Assembly (NCBI GenBank): GCA_043806315.1
Contig: JAZDHF010000017.1
Span: 1 to 58,021 of the forward strand
Origin: Planctomycetota bacterium
GTDB lineage: Bacteria; Planctomycetota; Phycisphaerae; UBA1845
Direction of reading: 5' to 3'
DNA: 58,021 nucleotides
The notes beneath the pieces were generated by a model. It saw only the letters and a program-made list of their open reading frames with translations. It made no database searches and was not told the origin of the DNA. Below, piece after piece: positions 20,925 through 31,750 of this stretch (the stretch's first letter is position 1; each line of letters opens with the position of its first letter). Made by a program: the position numbers and the translations under genes.

Positions 20925-21958
20925 TGAGCAACCGTGCGAAACAAGAGCCGTCACGGATGGGCGTCATCGCCGCGTTCGCATCGGTCTACGTCATCTGGGG
21001 TTCGACGTATCTGGCCATCCGGTATGCGTTGGAGACGCTGCCGCCGTTGCTGATGGCAGGCGCGCGTCACACCGTAGCCGGCGGGATTCTGTACGTTGCT
21101 CTGCGTTTGAGCGGCGGAGTACGTCCGAAGCTGCTGCACTGGCGATCGGCCGCAATCATCGGAGCGCTGCTGCTGCTGGGCGGCAACGGAGGCGTGTGTT
21201 GGGCCGAGCAGACGGTGCCGTCGGGCCTTGCGGCCTTGCTCGTCACCAGCGTCCCTATCTGGATGGTGTTGATGAACTGGCTGCGACGCGACGGCGTACG
21301 TCCCGGAATTCTGGAAATTGTCGGGGTCGCACTGGGTCTGGTGGGCGTGGCCATCCTGATCGGTTCGGAAAATCTCGTCCATGGCGGGCCGGTCAATCGC
21401 ATGGCAGCCTTCGTACTGATTGCGGCATCTCTGTCCTGGGCGATCGGATCGATCTACTCGCGCCACGCACCGCTCCCGGAGTCGCCGCTCAGCGCAACGG
21501 CCATGGAGATGCTGTGCGGCGGCGTGCTGTTGCTTCTGTCGGGCGCAATCAGCGGCGAGGGGGCGAGGCTCGCCTTGGAGAACGTGTCGCTGCGTTCCGT
21601 GCTTTCGCTGGGGTATTTGACCTTCTTCGGGTCGCTGGTGGCGTTCAGCGCCTACGTCTGGCTGTTGCGGGTGAGCACGCCGGCGCGGGTCTCGACGTAC
21701 GCGTTCGTAAACCCGGTGGTGGCGGTCGTGCTAGGCTATGTGCTTGCGGGCGAACCGCTGGCGCCGCGAACGATGGTAGCCGCGGCGGTGATCGTCACGG
21801 CCGTCGTTCTGATCACGCGTCGACGGGGGACGGCGCCCGTTCGGGTCGAGGTCGAGGAAGCGGTGTCGATCGCAGAGGCCCGAATTCGCCAGCGTGGGTC
21901 GCCGTCGGACGCCGAAGGCTGCGACCTGAGGATCGCGGCAGGCGCGTGCTCGGAATGA
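20921..21958 (+). CDS. EamA/DMT family exporter (YedA-like)
   Basis: VYVIWGSTYLAIR, SGLAALLV, STYAFVNPVVAV; about 10 TM helices. Confidence 0.92.
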   Translation: MMSNRAKQEPSRMGVIAAFASVYVIWGSTYLAIRYALETLPPLLMAGARHTVAGGILYVALRLSGGVRPKLLHWRSAAIIGALLLLGGNGGVCWAEQTVPSGLAALLVTSVPIWMVLMNWLRRDGVRPGILEIVGVALGLVGVAILIGSENLVHGGPVNRMAAFVLIAASLSWAIGSIYSRHAPLPESPLSATAMEMLCGGVLLLLSGAISGEGARLALENVSLRSVLSLGYLTFFGSLVAFSAYVWLLRVSTPARVSTYAFVNPVVAVVLGYVLAGEPLAPRTMVAAAVIVTAVVLITRRRGTAPVRVEVEEAVSIAEARIRQRGSPSDAEGCDLRIAAGACSE

Positions 21959-23028
21959 CCGAATCTCTGTTCGACCTCACTTTCGACTCCTTGCGCGAAC
22001 GGCTCGCCTCGTGGAACGAGCCCTCGTTCCGCGCGGCGCAAATCCTGCGCTGGGTCTATCAAGACGGCGCCGGCTCGTTCGGGGACATGTCCAACCTTCC
22101 CAAGCCGCTACGCGCACGGCTCGAAGGCGAGCTTCCGCTCTACGAGTCAACGATCGCCGCCCAGCAGGAGTCACACGACGGGACGATCAAGCGGCTGCTG
22201 CGTTGGCCGGACGGTGCGACGTCGGAATGCGTGCTGATCCCCGACGAACACCGGCTGGAAGCCGGTGCCACACGCCGCACGGCCTGCATCTCCACCCAAG
22301 TCGGATGCCCGGTCGGGTGCGTCTTTTGCGCCAGCGGTCTGAACGGCCTGCAACGCCAACTCTCCGCCGGGCAGATCGTCGAGCAGGCCATGCGCATTCG
22401 CGAACTGTGCGAGCCGTCGGCGCGGCTCTCCAACGTCGTGTTCATGGGTCTGGGCGAGCCGCTGGCCGACTACGCCGCGACGGTCCACGCCATCCGCACC
22501 ATCAACGCCGAGTGGGGCATGGGCATCGGCGCCCGAAAGATCACCGTCAGCACCGTCGGTCTGCCCACGCCGATGCGACGACTCGCCGATGAAAAGATGC
22601 AAATCACCCTCGCCCTTTCGCTGCACGCCCCGACGGATGACCTTCGCAAGCGACTCATCCCCTGGGCGGAACGCGTCACCATCGACTCACTCGTCGAGGC
22701 CGCCGGTTATTACTTCGAACAAACGGGGCGGGAGATTACCCTCGAATACATCCTGCTCGCCGGCGTCAACGATTCGCGGGAGCACGCCGTCTCCCTCGCC
22801 GCCGTAGCCAAGCGGATGCGCAGCAACGTCAACCTTATCGCGTACAATCCCGTCGTCGGATTACCCTACGCCCGTCCGGCCGACGATGCGGTGGTGGGCT
22901 TCTTGGACGCCCTCCGCGCGCGGGGAGTCAACGCCCACGTCCGCAAGAGCCGCGGACTCGACATCGACGGGGCCTGCGGACAACTGCGCCGCCGCGAGAC
23001 AACGACGCTTTCGCTGAACCGATCGTGA
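21955..23028 (+). CDS. rlmN: Dual-specificity RNA methyltransferase RlmN
   Basis: CISTQVGCPVGCVFCASG, VFMGLGEP, SLHAP, IDGACGQL. Confidence 0.96.
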   Translation: MTESLFDLTFDSLRERLASWNEPSFRAAQILRWVYQDGAGSFGDMSNLPKPLRARLEGELPLYESTIAAQQESHDGTIKRLLRWPDGATSECVLIPDEHRLEAGATRRTACISTQVGCPVGCVFCASGLNGLQRQLSAGQIVEQAMRIRELCEPSARLSNVVFMGLGEPLADYAATVHAIRTINAEWGMGIGARKITVSTVGLPTPMRRLADEKMQITLALSLHAPTDDLRKRLIPWAERVTIDSLVEAAGYYFEQTGREITLEYILLAGVNDSREHAVSLAAVAKRMRSNVNLIAYNPVVGLPYARPADDAVVGFLDALRARGVNAHVRKSRGLDIDGACGQLRRRETTTLSLNRS

Positions 23029-23861
23029 CGACGGAACTTCCCATCGGCGTCTGCGGCTGGTGCATCGACCGTCACGATCCGCGCGGAAGCATCAAGATCG
23101 CCGGGCGCGACCTCGGATTGCGCGTCGTCCAGATCGGGTTCTTCACCCAGGATTCCGTGCGAAACGCGAATCCGGCCGCGATCGTCGAAGCGGCACGCGC
23201 CGCAGACGTCACCCTCGCCGGGGCCTTCGTCGCCTTCGAGGGCGAGGACTACTCCTCGATCTCGCGTATCGCCGAAACCGGCGGTTTTACGCCGAATGAA
23301 GCCTACGCGCCGCGCTTGGCCGTCACGCGATCGGTCGCCGATCTCGCCGCCGCAGCGGGATGTCCATCGCTTTCGGTCCACGCCGGAACCATCCCCGCCG
23401 ACGCGTCTTCGGCGACGTACGCAAAACTTCTCGTCCGCCTGCGGGAGGTCGCGGATATTGCCGCTCAGTCGGGCCTGCGACTACTGCTCGAAACCGGCCG
23501 CGAATCAGCCGACGCCCTGTTGCGATTCATCGACATGGCGGACCGGAGCAACGTGGGCGTCAGCTTCGACTCCGGCAACTTCATCATCTACAGCACGGAC
23601 GACCCGGTGGCCGCCGTGACCAAGCTCAGGGACCGGATCGAGTTGGTGCACGTCAAAGACGCCGTTCGATCCTCGCAACCCGGCGTGGATTACGGCCGCC
23701 CGGCGCCGGTCGGCGCGGGCGACGTGCAGATCGCGCGGGTCGTCAGCAAGCTCCGCGCCACGGGCTACCACGGGCCTTTGCTGATCGAGTGTGACACACG
23801 CGAAGCGGGACTGGGCGCCATCCGCAACGCCGCCGACTATCTCCGCACCCTGGTCAGCTAA
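23025..23861 (+). CDS. Sugar phosphate isomerase/epimerase (AP endonuclease 2 TIM barrel)
   Basis: LLETG.E, FDSGN, HVKDA, GYHGPLLIE metal-binding pattern. Confidence 0.85.
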   Translation: MTTELPIGVCGWCIDRHDPRGSIKIAGRDLGLRVVQIGFFTQDSVRNANPAAIVEAARAADVTLAGAFVAFEGEDYSSISRIAETGGFTPNEAYAPRLAVTRSVADLAAAAGCPSLSVHAGTIPADASSATYAKLLVRLREVADIAAQSGLRLLLETGRESADALLRFIDMADRSNVGVSFDSGNFIIYSTDDPVAAVTKLRDRIELVHVKDAVRSSQPGVDYGRPAPVGAGDVQIARVVSKLRATGYHGPLLIECDTREAGLGAIRNAADYLRTLVS

Positions 23862-23867
23862 GTCGCA

Positions 23868-23922
23868 GTGTGCCACTGCCGTGTCGGCAGTGGCGACCAC
23901 GGCTGACACAGCCGTGGCACAC
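23868..23922. repeat. REP-like double hairpin between convergent genes
   Basis: GTGTGCCACTGCC..GGCAGTGG and CCACGGCTG..CAGCCGTGGCACAC; same architecture as the element at 49464-49585. Confidence 0.65.
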
Positions 23923-23928
23923 ACTCGT

Positions 23929-24822
23929 TCATCTGACAGCCGCGGATCGGTCGACGCCCGGCTCGATGTGCACGAGCACGTCGGCGACCTCGCGACGCCC
24001 CGCCATGATGCCGTCCTTCACCAGATGACCGATGCGGTGGGCCTCGCGCACGGGCAGTTCGGGATCCACCTCCAAGTGCAGATCGACGTACAGTTGCGGC
24101 CCCATCTTTCGCACCAGCACCTTCTCCACATAGCGGGCCCCCTCCACCTTCAGGGCGGCCCCTCGGATCGACTCGACAAAGGCCGCTTCGGGACGGGCAT
24201 CCATCAATTCGCCGACCGCGGTCCGTACGAAGTGCACCGCGTTGACCACGATGACCAGGCACGCCGCCATCGCCGCCCAATCGTCGGCTGGTTCGTAACC
24301 CGGCCCGCCGACCAAGGCGATGGTGATGCCGATCGCCGCGGCGCCGAAACTGATCGCGTCGCTGCGATGGTGCCAGGCGTCCACCATGACCGCCGTGCTC
24401 CCGCTCTTCCGAGCGGCGCGCGCTTCGTAGCGGTACATGACCTCTTTCACGACCACCACGCCCAACAGAACGAAAAGGGTATACGCCGCGGGGGTGTGGT
24501 GCGGCGTGTGGATTTCGTGAACGGCCTGAGTTGCGATCGTGGCGGCGGCGGCCACGAGCATGAGGGCGACCAACAACGCCGCCAGCGGCTCGGCCTTACC
24601 GTGACCGTAGGGATGATTGGCGTCCGCGGGGCGGGAGGCGATCACCAACCCGCTCCACACGATCGCGGAGCTGAAGATGTCGCCCAACGATTCGATGGCG
24701 TCGGCGATGAGAGCGTACGAATTTCCCGCGATCCCGCAGACGAGCTTCACGACGCCCAGTGCGCCGTTCAGCCCGACGCTGATCGTCGTAGCGCGGTAAC
24801 CCGGCGCGAGACGGTCGTCCAT
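23929..24822 (-). CDS. Cation diffusion facilitator (FieF-like)
   Basis: SYALIADAIESLGD, PADANHPYGHGKAE, DAWHHRSD, VLVHIEP. Confidence 0.93.
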   Translation of the reverse strand: MDDRLAPGYRATTISVGLNGALGVVKLVCGIAGNSYALIADAIESLGDIFSSAIVWSGLVIASRPADANHPYGHGKAEPLAALLVALMLVAAAATIATQAVHEIHTPHHTPAAYTLFVLLGVVVVKEVMYRYEARAARKSGSTAVMVDAWHHRSDAISFGAAAIGITIALVGGPGYEPADDWAAMAACLVIVVNAVHFVRTAVGELMDARPEAAFVESIRGAALKVEGARYVEKVLVRKMGPQLYVDLHLEVDPELPVREAHRIGHLVKDGIMAGRREVADVLVHIEPGVDRSAAVR

Positions 24823-25064
24823 GCGCCTAGCGTACCACGCCGCAGGTCCGACGCCACGGCGATGCGGATGTCGCCCATTCGACAGGGCCGGCGGGGAAGT
24901 TTATCGTGGACTGTGCCCGCGACGAGGACGACGATCCGACGTGTGGCACGGCCAAGTTCCGGCGCGCCGGGATCCAACCGCCGATCCGAACCGGGAGCGC
25001 CGGCGGCCGGCCCAATAGCCCCGTGCCGGCGTTGAGGTTCGGAGTGCAATCGACAATCGGCAAT

Positions 25065-26693
25065 TCAACGCGTATTGCGGAACCAGACCAGGGCGTCGTT
25101 GCTGAGGCCGCTGAGACCGGACCGGTCGAACGTCGCCACCAAGTCGTTGGCCCCGTCGCCGTCGAGATCGACCACCAAGATCGAGTTGATGAAGGTCGTT
25201 CCGGCGACCTCTTGCGGCGCTACGTTCGGGTCGGTCGTGGGCGGTGCATCGCCGGGTTGCCCCGGGGGTTGATCATCAACAATCAAACGTTCGACCCATT
25301 GATCGAAGACGCTCAAGGCTACCTTGGCGTCAAAGAAGGCCAGTCCGCCTGCCGCGGACGCAATGACCTCCGGTTGACCATCTATGTTCAAATCTCCCAG
25401 GGCTATGGCTTCCGGGACTCGCTCGCTGTATTCAGCTAGGGTGTAGACCCGCCAAGGAATATTGCGCACGATGCAATCAGGGTTCGCCGGATCCGGCGTA
25501 GTAGCCTGAAAGCCGGGGCCCTTGAGCCACTGGATGACCTTCCCGCCAGAGGAACGCACGACCACGTCCAGCAAACCGTCGCCGTCCACGTCGCCGACGT
25601 GAATCATGTCGGCCCCGCCGAGGTCCTCGAAAGGCCCCGGAAACTGCGAATTCTTCGGTGAAATCTGGCCCGCCGCGCCAGTGAGCCAATCCGTGCTCGA
25701 ACAATGATAATCGTCCGGAATGTCAATTGCTGGATTGCGGTGCCAGCGAACGTTCATGCTCACCGCATCCGGATAGGTCGCGATGACGTCCAGGTCGCCG
25801 TCGTTGTCGACGTCGCCGACGGCCACGTTCTTGATTCGGATCGGATCCAATCCACCTTCATCGAGCAGTCGCGGTCCCTTTTCAAAGGGATCGAGCATGG
25901 CCGTGACCGACCAGGTGCCGTCGCGCACGGCGCCGAAGCCATCGTTGTTGAAGATGAGCACCTTGGGATTCGATGCGTCGCACGGATCGTTGAGCGCCGC
26001 CAGGAGCTCCGTGTCGCCGTCGCCGTCGAGGTCGCCAAGAGCGAGGCTGGTATAACCTTCTTCTTCCGGCGGTCCCGCAAATGCCGGCCTCTCTGTTCCC
26101 AATAGGCGAGAGCTTTCCACCGGCTGTTCAGTCCAGGCCAGCGCCTGGTTGGTTTGGGCGGGGTCAACGGGAGCGAAATAGACGATGATCACGCCGTGGT
26201 AGCCTTCCCCGACCGCACCTCCGAAACAGGTGGTGGAAATTTGGTCTCCCGTCTCTTTGACGAGCACAGCCACGTCCGGGGCGCCGTCTTGGTCGAAGTC
26301 TGCGACGCCCAACCCGGCCACGCGCACCACGGGAATGTTGCCTGCGAGTGTAATGGTCTCAAAGCTGATGGCGGCGGCTGCGTTGCGTCTCTGGAAATGG
26401 ATTTGCACCGGCTGGGATTGATTCCACGCCGAGACAAGGTCCATCAGACCGTCCCCGTCGATGTCCGCCGCAGTGACGAACTGCGGACCGGCGGAGTCCT
26501 CGCTGCGCGGATCGACCTGGATCGCGGTGAAGAAGCTCAGCGTCCGCCCGGTGGCCAGGAAGTCGTCGCTCGTCGCACCGACGTCGGAAGTTCCATAGCG
26601 TCCGTGGCAACCCACGAACGTTCCCAGCGCGACGAGGGTCGCAGCCGAAGCCACAGCGAGCATAACAGCGGTCGTACGCAGTCGAACCTTCAT
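25065..26693 (-). CDS. FG-GAP/VCBS repeat beta-propeller protein, probable lipoprotein
   Basis: Multiple DxDGDGxxD repeats (DIDGDGLMD, DFDQDGAPD, DLDGDGDTE, DVDNDGDLD, DVDGDGLLD, DLDGDGAND); N-terminal hydrophobic segment ending FVGC. Confidence 0.85.
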   Translation of the reverse strand: MKVRLRTTAVMLAVASAATLVALGTFVGCHGRYGTSDVGATSDDFLATGRTLSFFTAIQVDPRSEDSAGPQFVTAADIDGDGLMDLVSAWNQSQPVQIHFQRRNAAAAISFETITLAGNIPVVRVAGLGVADFDQDGAPDVAVLVKETGDQISTTCFGGAVGEGYHGVIIVYFAPVDPAQTNQALAWTEQPVESSRLLGTERPAFAGPPEEEGYTSLALGDLDGDGDTELLAALNDPCDASNPKVLIFNNDGFGAVRDGTWSVTAMLDPFEKGPRLLDEGGLDPIRIKNVAVGDVDNDGDLDVIATYPDAVSMNVRWHRNPAIDIPDDYHCSSTDWLTGAAGQISPKNSQFPGPFEDLGGADMIHVGDVDGDGLLDVVVRSSGGKVIQWLKGPGFQATTPDPANPDCIVRNIPWRVYTLAEYSERVPEAIALGDLNIDGQPEVIASAAGGLAFFDAKVALSVFDQWVERLIVDDQPPGQPGDAPPTTDPNVAPQEVAGTTFINSILVVDLDGDGANDLVATFDRSGLSGLSNDALVWFRNTR

Positions 26694-26901
26694 GGGCGAT
26701 TCCCTCAAAACCGACGGTCCAGCAGTCTCCGAGTCAGCGCAGCCGTGCGCCGCCTGAGTTATCGGCACAGTTAGAAGGGGTCTTTTGGAAGCCGCGGCCC
26801 CACGGCTTTATCAAAGGGCTGTCCGATAACGCCGCACCGACGGAAGGGATGTCGCCTTGGGTGGGACGCCTTCAACTGCGGCGCCTGCCAAGAAACGCGG
26901 T

Positions 26902-27852
26902 TTACAGAAGCCCCGGAGTCTTGCTGAGGGCCTCGATCATTTTGAGGGCCGCGGGACCGGCCAGCACCACCAGAATGGCCGGGAAGATGAACAGAATGAG
27001 CGGGGCCATCAGCTTGACCGTCGTCTTCTGAGCGCGTTCCTCGGCGGCCTGGCGGCGCTTGATCCGCAACGCGTCCGACTGATTGCGCAGCGCCTTGGCA
27101 ATGCTGGTGCCAAACCGCTCGGTCTGGTTGATCATCGCCACCAGCGAGCGGACCTCGTCCAGACCGGTCCGGGTGCTGAGGTTACACAACGCCTCCGCGC
27201 GAGGAATGCCCATTTGGCTTTCGAGGGTCACGAGTTGCAGTTCTTCGGCCAGCGTGGGGTGGACCTTCTTCATCTCGTCGCCGACCCGTTGAAAAGCCGC
27301 GTCCAGACCCAGACCGGATTCCACGGAGATCACGATCATATCCAGCGTGTCGGGCAGCCCGTTGCGAATCTTCTCCCCGCGCTTGGCGATCGCCGAGCTG
27401 AGCCACAGGTTCGGGGCCAGGAAGCCCACTCCGGCGGCGATCATGGTAATGCCGATGGCGTTCTCCAGGTGCGTCCCCTTCGCCCACACGTACGCCGCGG
27501 CGGCTATCCCCACCAGCACGGCCATCATCGTCTTGCTCGCCAGGAAGGTGGTGGGGGCAGTCTCGGAGCGCAGACCCGCCATCGCCAGCTTCATCCGCAG
27601 CTTGGACATCTGCGCCGCGTCGTTCTTCATCGACGAGCGGACGGCCATCGGGGTGAGCGTGTCGAGGACCCGCTTAGCGACGGACTCCTTGGCCTGACGA
27701 CGCATTTCCTGGACCGCGCTCTGCGCCCGTCGCCCGGTCATACGCCGCTTGATGGCCTCATCGTCTTCCGTCGGCTTCGGCCAAAAGGCGTAGACGATCA
27801 GCATGACGCCGACCACCGCCATCGCGCCCAGTAGGTACATCGTTGCATTCAT
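26902..27852 (-). CDS. tadC: Tad pilus assembly protein TadC (T2SS F family)
   Basis: LPDTLDMIVISVESGLGLDAAF, GTSIAKALR, KRRQAAEERAQKTTVKLMAPL. Confidence 0.92.
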   Translation of the reverse strand: MNATMYLLGAMAVVGVMLIVYAFWPKPTEDDEAIKRRMTGRRAQSAVQEMRRQAKESVAKRVLDTLTPMAVRSSMKNDAAQMSKLRMKLAMAGLRSETAPTTFLASKTMMAVLVGIAAAAYVWAKGTHLENAIGITMIAAGVGFLAPNLWLSSAIAKRGEKIRNGLPDTLDMIVISVESGLGLDAAFQRVGDEMKKVHPTLAEELQLVTLESQMGIPRAEALCNLSTRTGLDEVRSLVAMINQTERFGTSIAKALRNQSDALRIKRRQAAEERAQKTTVKLMAPLILFIFPAILVVLAGPAALKMIEALSKTPGLL

Positions 27853-27864
27853 AGCGAAGACCTC

Positions 27865-27958
27865 GACGAATTACGAATTACGAGTTACGAATTACGAAAG
27901 TGTCGCTCTCTGCCGTCGTCGTTTTTGTAATTCGTAACTTGTAATTCGTAATTCGTCA
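27865..27958. repeat. Inverted heptamer-repeat element (TTACGAA)n...(TTCGTAA)n
   Basis: CGAATTACGAATTACGAGTTACGAATTACGAA...TTTGTAATTCGTAACTTGTAATTCGTAATTCGTCA. Confidence 0.8.
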
Positions 27959-28957
27959 TACCTTGATGTTCACGATCCATCGAATCATGGCGATGCCCAT
28001 GAGCTGCATTCCGATGGCGATCATCAGCATGATCTGCCCCCGCGGATCCTCCAGCAGGATCCGCGCGTAGTTCGGATTCAGGTACATCGACGCCACGAAC
28101 ACGAGCGTCGGCAGGGCGAAAAGGACCCACCCGGACAACCGCCCTTCGGCGGTCAGACCGCGGACCAGCCCGGCCAACTCGATGCGCTCGCGGATGACGC
28201 CGCTGATGTTGTCCAGGACCTCCGCCAGGTCCCCGCCCGTCTGCCGTTGGATCATCACCGCGGTCACAAAGAATCGTACATCGAGCGAGTCGACGCGGTC
28301 GGCCATCGACTGCAACGCCTCCTCGACTTTGATCCCCAGGTTCTGCTCGTGGTAGACTTGGGCGAACTCGGTGGCGATCGGGGGGGGCATCTGCTCGTAG
28401 ACCAGTTGGATGGCCCCGGCGAGGGAGTGTCCGGCGCGCAAGGCCTGGCTCATCATCTCGAACACATCGGGCAACTGGTTCATCAGCTTGGTCATCCGCC
28501 GTTTGCGGCGGAAGTTGAACGCCACCAGTGGCAAGACCATGACGGCCCCGCCGCACCCCAGGGCGACGATGAGCTTGACCTGCACCGCCCACAGCACCAA
28601 CGTGACCAAGACGGCCACCCCGCACAGATTGAGCGACGTCTGCGACGCCGACCAGTCCACGTCCGCTTGATCGAGCAGCGTCTGCAGCTTGGGGACGAAC
28701 CTGAACTTCCCCACGAGCATGTCCGCGAAGGACCCCGCCTGTCCGATGGCGCCTCGCCGCATGATCGTGGCCGTGGCCTTATCCCGCTTGACGCGGTCGC
28801 CCCGAAGCCGCTCCTGCATCTTCCGCGATTCGGAGGATTTACTTTCCGCGAGCACCTGGTAGATGCCGTAGAACAGCAGCATCGATCCGACCGTGGGCAA
28901 AACGTACACCCAGATTTCGGACTCGCCTAGCAGCATGGGCGTGGTCAGTTCGAGCAT
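27956..28957 (-). CDS. tadB: Tad pilus assembly protein TadB
   Basis: QLPDVFEMMSQALRAGHS, IQRQTGGDLAEVL, LTAEGRLSG. Confidence 0.92.
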   Translation of the reverse strand: MLELTTPMLLGESEIWVYVLPTVGSMLLFYGIYQVLAESKSSESRKMQERLRGDRVKRDKATATIMRRGAIGQAGSFADMLVGKFRFVPKLQTLLDQADVDWSASQTSLNLCGVAVLVTLVLWAVQVKLIVALGCGGAVMVLPLVAFNFRRKRRMTKLMNQLPDVFEMMSQALRAGHSLAGAIQLVYEQMPPPIATEFAQVYHEQNLGIKVEEALQSMADRVDSLDVRFFVTAVMIQRQTGGDLAEVLDNISGVIRERIELAGLVRGLTAEGRLSGWVLFALPTLVFVASMYLNPNYARILLEDPRGQIMLMIAIGMQLMGIAMIRWIVNIKV

Positions 28958-29000
28958 GAAAGAATCCCCCGATGGCGGCGTCGCGTCGCTCCCGCCTTGG

Positions 29001-30404
29001 TCACGCCGCGTCCCCCTCGTCGGTCATGAGCACTTGCCGCTGAAAAAGGCCTGGATCCACGTCGCACCCGGAAGTCTTCAGCCGTTCCAAGAACGAAGGG
29101 CGAATCCCCGTGGCGATAAAATGTCCCTGCGCTCGGCCGGTAGCGGTCACCCCGATCTGCTCGAAGGCAAAAATGTCCTGCATCGTAATGATATCCCCTT
29201 CCATGCCCGTCACCTCCGTGACGGCGACGAGCTTTCGGGACCCGCCGGTCATCCGTTGGGCCTGGACCAGCACGTGGATGGCGGAGGCGAACTGTTGACG
29301 AATGGCCTTCACCGGGAGTTCGAACCCGGCCATCATGACCATGGTCTCGACGCGGGCCACGGCGTCGCGGGCGGAGTTGGCGTGGACGGTGGTCAGGGAG
29401 CCGTCGTGCCCGGTGTTCATGGCCTGGAGCATGTCCAGGGTCTCCGGCCCGCGGCACTCGCCGACCACGATGCGGTCCGGTCGCATCCGCAGAGCGTTGA
29501 TGAGCAAATCGCGGATGGTGATCCGTCCTTTGCCTTCAATGTTGGCCGGGCGGGTCTCCAGGCGGACGACGTGGGGCTGTCGCAACTGCAACTCCGCCGC
29601 GTCCTCGATGGTAACGATCCGATCGGTATCCGGGATGAACGTGGACAAGTTGTTGAGCAGGGTCGTCTTGCCCGATCCCGTTCCGCCGACCACGAGAATG
29701 TTGAGATGGGACTTCACGCAGGCCGACAGAAAGTCGCGCATCTCCGGCGTCACCGACTTGAAGTTGATATAGTCGTCCCACGTCAGGGGGTCGGCGCCGA
29801 AGCGGCGGATGGACATGCTCGCCCCGTCGATGGCCAGCGGCGGGATCACGGCGTTGACCCGGCTTCCATCCGCGAGGCGCGCGTCCACCAGCGGACAGGT
29901 CTCGTCGCATCGCCGACCGACGGCGCTGACGATCTTGTCGATCACGTGCATCAGATGAGCGTTGTCGCGGAACTCGACCTCGGTCAACTCGAGCTTGCCG
30001 TGCCGCTCGACGTAGACCTGCTTGGGCCCGTTCACCAGGATGTCGCTGATGGTCGAGTCCGCGAGGATGACTTCCAACGGCCCGAGACCGAAGGTCTCAT
30101 CCAGAACCTCGCTGATGAGCCGCTGCCGCTCGTTGAAGTTGAGCAGCGTGTTCTCCTGGTCGGCGAGTTGCGAAACGACCTCCTTGACCTGTTGGCGGAG
30201 CGTCTCGTCGTCGCCGACCATGCGGGTGAGATCGAGCTGGTCGATGAGCTTGCGATGCAAGTGCATCTTCAGGATGTTGAATTGCTCAACCTTATCCTTG
30301 GAGACCTTGGGCTTTCCCGGCGCGCCGGGAGAGATCGGCTTAGGCACGCTGGGCGCCGGCGCGGGCGGCGCCGCTACGTTACTGGATGACCGCTTACCAA
30401 ACAT
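29001..30404 (-). CDS. cpaF: Tad pilus ATPase CpaF/TadA
   Basis: [15 protein letters not shown] Walker [41 protein letters not shown]. Confidence 0.96.
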   Translation of the reverse strand: MFGKRSSSNVAAPPAPAPSVPKPISPGAPGKPKVSKDKVEQFNILKMHLHRKLIDQLDLTRMVGDDETLRQQVKEVVSQLADQENTLLNFNERQRLISEVLDETFGLGPLEVILADSTISDILVNGPKQVYVERHGKLELTEVEFRDNAHLMHVIDKIVSAVGRRCDETCPLVDARLADGSRVNAVIPPLAIDGASMSIRRFGADPLTWDDYINFKSVTPEMRDFLSACVKSHLNILVVGGTGSGKTTLLNNLSTFIPDTDRIVTIEDAAELQLRQPHVVRLETRPANIEGKGRITIRDLLINALRMRPDRIVVGECRGPETLDMLQAMNTGHDGSLTTVHANSARDAVARVETMVMMAGFELPVKAIRQQFASAIHVLVQAQRMTGGSRKLVAVTEVTGMEGDIITMQDIFAFEQIGVTATGRAQGHFIATGIRPSFLERLKTSGCDVDPGLFQRQVLMTDEGDAA

Positions 30405-30434
30405 CCGCACACTCCCCCGTTCGCAATCTGCGAT

Positions 30435-30505
30435 GGGGTCTGGGGTTTGGGGGTTGGGCATTGCACTCTCAACCCCATACCCCAATCCCCAATCCCCAAT
30501 CCCCC
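30435..30505. repeat. Inverted heptamer-repeat element (TGGGGTT-like ... CCCCAAT)
   Basis: GGGGTCTGGGGTTTGGGGGTTGGG...CCCCATACCCCAATCCCCAATCCCCAATCCCC. Confidence 0.7.
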
Positions 30506-30554
30506 GTCCCTACACCCCGCACACGAAAGGCCCACAAGACGACCGGCACACGCC

Positions 30555-31745
30555 TTAGCTCTGGGCGAACATGCGACCGACAAAGCCCTTCTTGTTGCGC
30601 GCATCCTTATCATCGGTCGGGGAGTCGCCCCCATGCAGCCGCTCGGCGATTTCCTGGATGGCGCGACGGACCTTCGTTTTCGGACCGTGCGTCAGCAGCG
30701 GCTCACCGAGGTTGATCGCTCCGCTGACCGCCGGCCAATCGTCCGGGATGGACGCGAACAGCTCCAGCCCCAACGTCTCCGTGACGTTGGCGATGGATAA
30801 GTGTCCCGCCTCGCGTCCGACGCGGTTGCAGACTAACTTGGTTCGATCCAGGTTGTAGCCGTTGGCCCGCATGTTCTCGATTACCCGTAGCGCGTTCCGC
30901 ACGCACGGCACCAACAGTTGCACGACCAGGAGGTTCACGTCCGATAGCGCCAGGATCGACTTCGCCCCGATGTCGGAGCGCAACGGTCCGTCGGCGACGA
31001 TGTACTCGCTCATGGGCAGGAGCGTGGAAAACACGCCCATGCACGCGGCCGCAGTGATGTTGTCCGCCTCCGCGAGATTCGAGGGACGACTCAACACCTG
31101 TACGCCGGTGGCGTGCTTGGAGAGCGCTCGTCCGACCACTGACGGTTCCAAGTGTTCCGGGGAACCGCACAGGTCCGCCAGGGTGTAGATCGGCTCGACA
31201 TCCAAGAAGGTGGCGACCTGCCCGAAGCGATAGTCGAGGTCGACGACGGTCACGTGCCCCGACGCGAGAGCGGCCAGCTCCACGCCGAGATTGGCCGCGA
31301 GCATCGTGGCCCCGACTCCCCCGGCCGTCCCGACGACGGTGATGAGCCTACCATGCGTCACCGACGCAACGCGGTGACTGGCCATCCGGTTGATCGCCTC
31401 GCCGAGAGCCTCTCCGTCGATGGGTTTGGGGAGAAACTCCTTCACGCCCAGGCGCATGACCTTCAGAATCAGGGGTCCGTCGGTGCACTCCGAAGCCGCG
31501 AAAATGGTGAGATTCCGGTTGGCGCCCGCCACGTCGCCGATGATCGGCAGGACGGCCTCCGGGTTCGGGTCGAGGTTGACCAGCAGGATATCGACGGGGA
31601 ATTGACCGACCGCCTGGGCGAGCAGCGCCGGCTCGTCCACCTCCGCGAGGATCTTCACCCCCTCTAACTTCAGGAGCATGGCGCGGAGTTGCAGCGCGAA
31701 CTCTTCGTTCTCGTTCAGCACGATGAACTTGAGGTCTTGCCCCAT
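30555..31745 (-). CDS. cpaE: Tad pilus localisation protein CpaE/TadZ (pseudo-receiver + MinD-like ATPase)
   Basis: N-terminal receiver-like domain (FLPKP); deviant Walker A GTAGGVGAT; VDLDYRFG. Confidence 0.88.
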   Translation of the reverse strand: MGQDLKFIVLNENEEFALQLRAMLLKLEGVKILAEVDEPALLAQAVGQFPVDILLVNLDPNPEAVLPIIGDVAGANRNLTIFAASECTDGPLILKVMRLGVKEFLPKPIDGEALGEAINRMASHRVASVTHGRLITVVGTAGGVGATMLAANLGVELAALASGHVTVVDLDYRFGQVATFLDVEPIYTLADLCGSPEHLEPSVVGRALSKHATGVQVLSRPSNLAEADNITAAACMGVFSTLLPMSEYIVADGPLRSDIGAKSILALSDVNLLVVQLLVPCVRNALRVIENMRANGYNLDRTKLVCNRVGREAGHLSIANVTETLGLELFASIPDDWPAVSGAINLGEPLLTHGPKTKVRRAIQEIAERLHGGDSPTDDKDARNKKGFVGRMFAQS

Positions 31746-31750
31746 CGACT

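Noticed and set aside
21196-21954. 610-aa N-terminally extended RlmN
   Set aside because: The extension overlaps the EamA gene in another frame; the real start is 21955.
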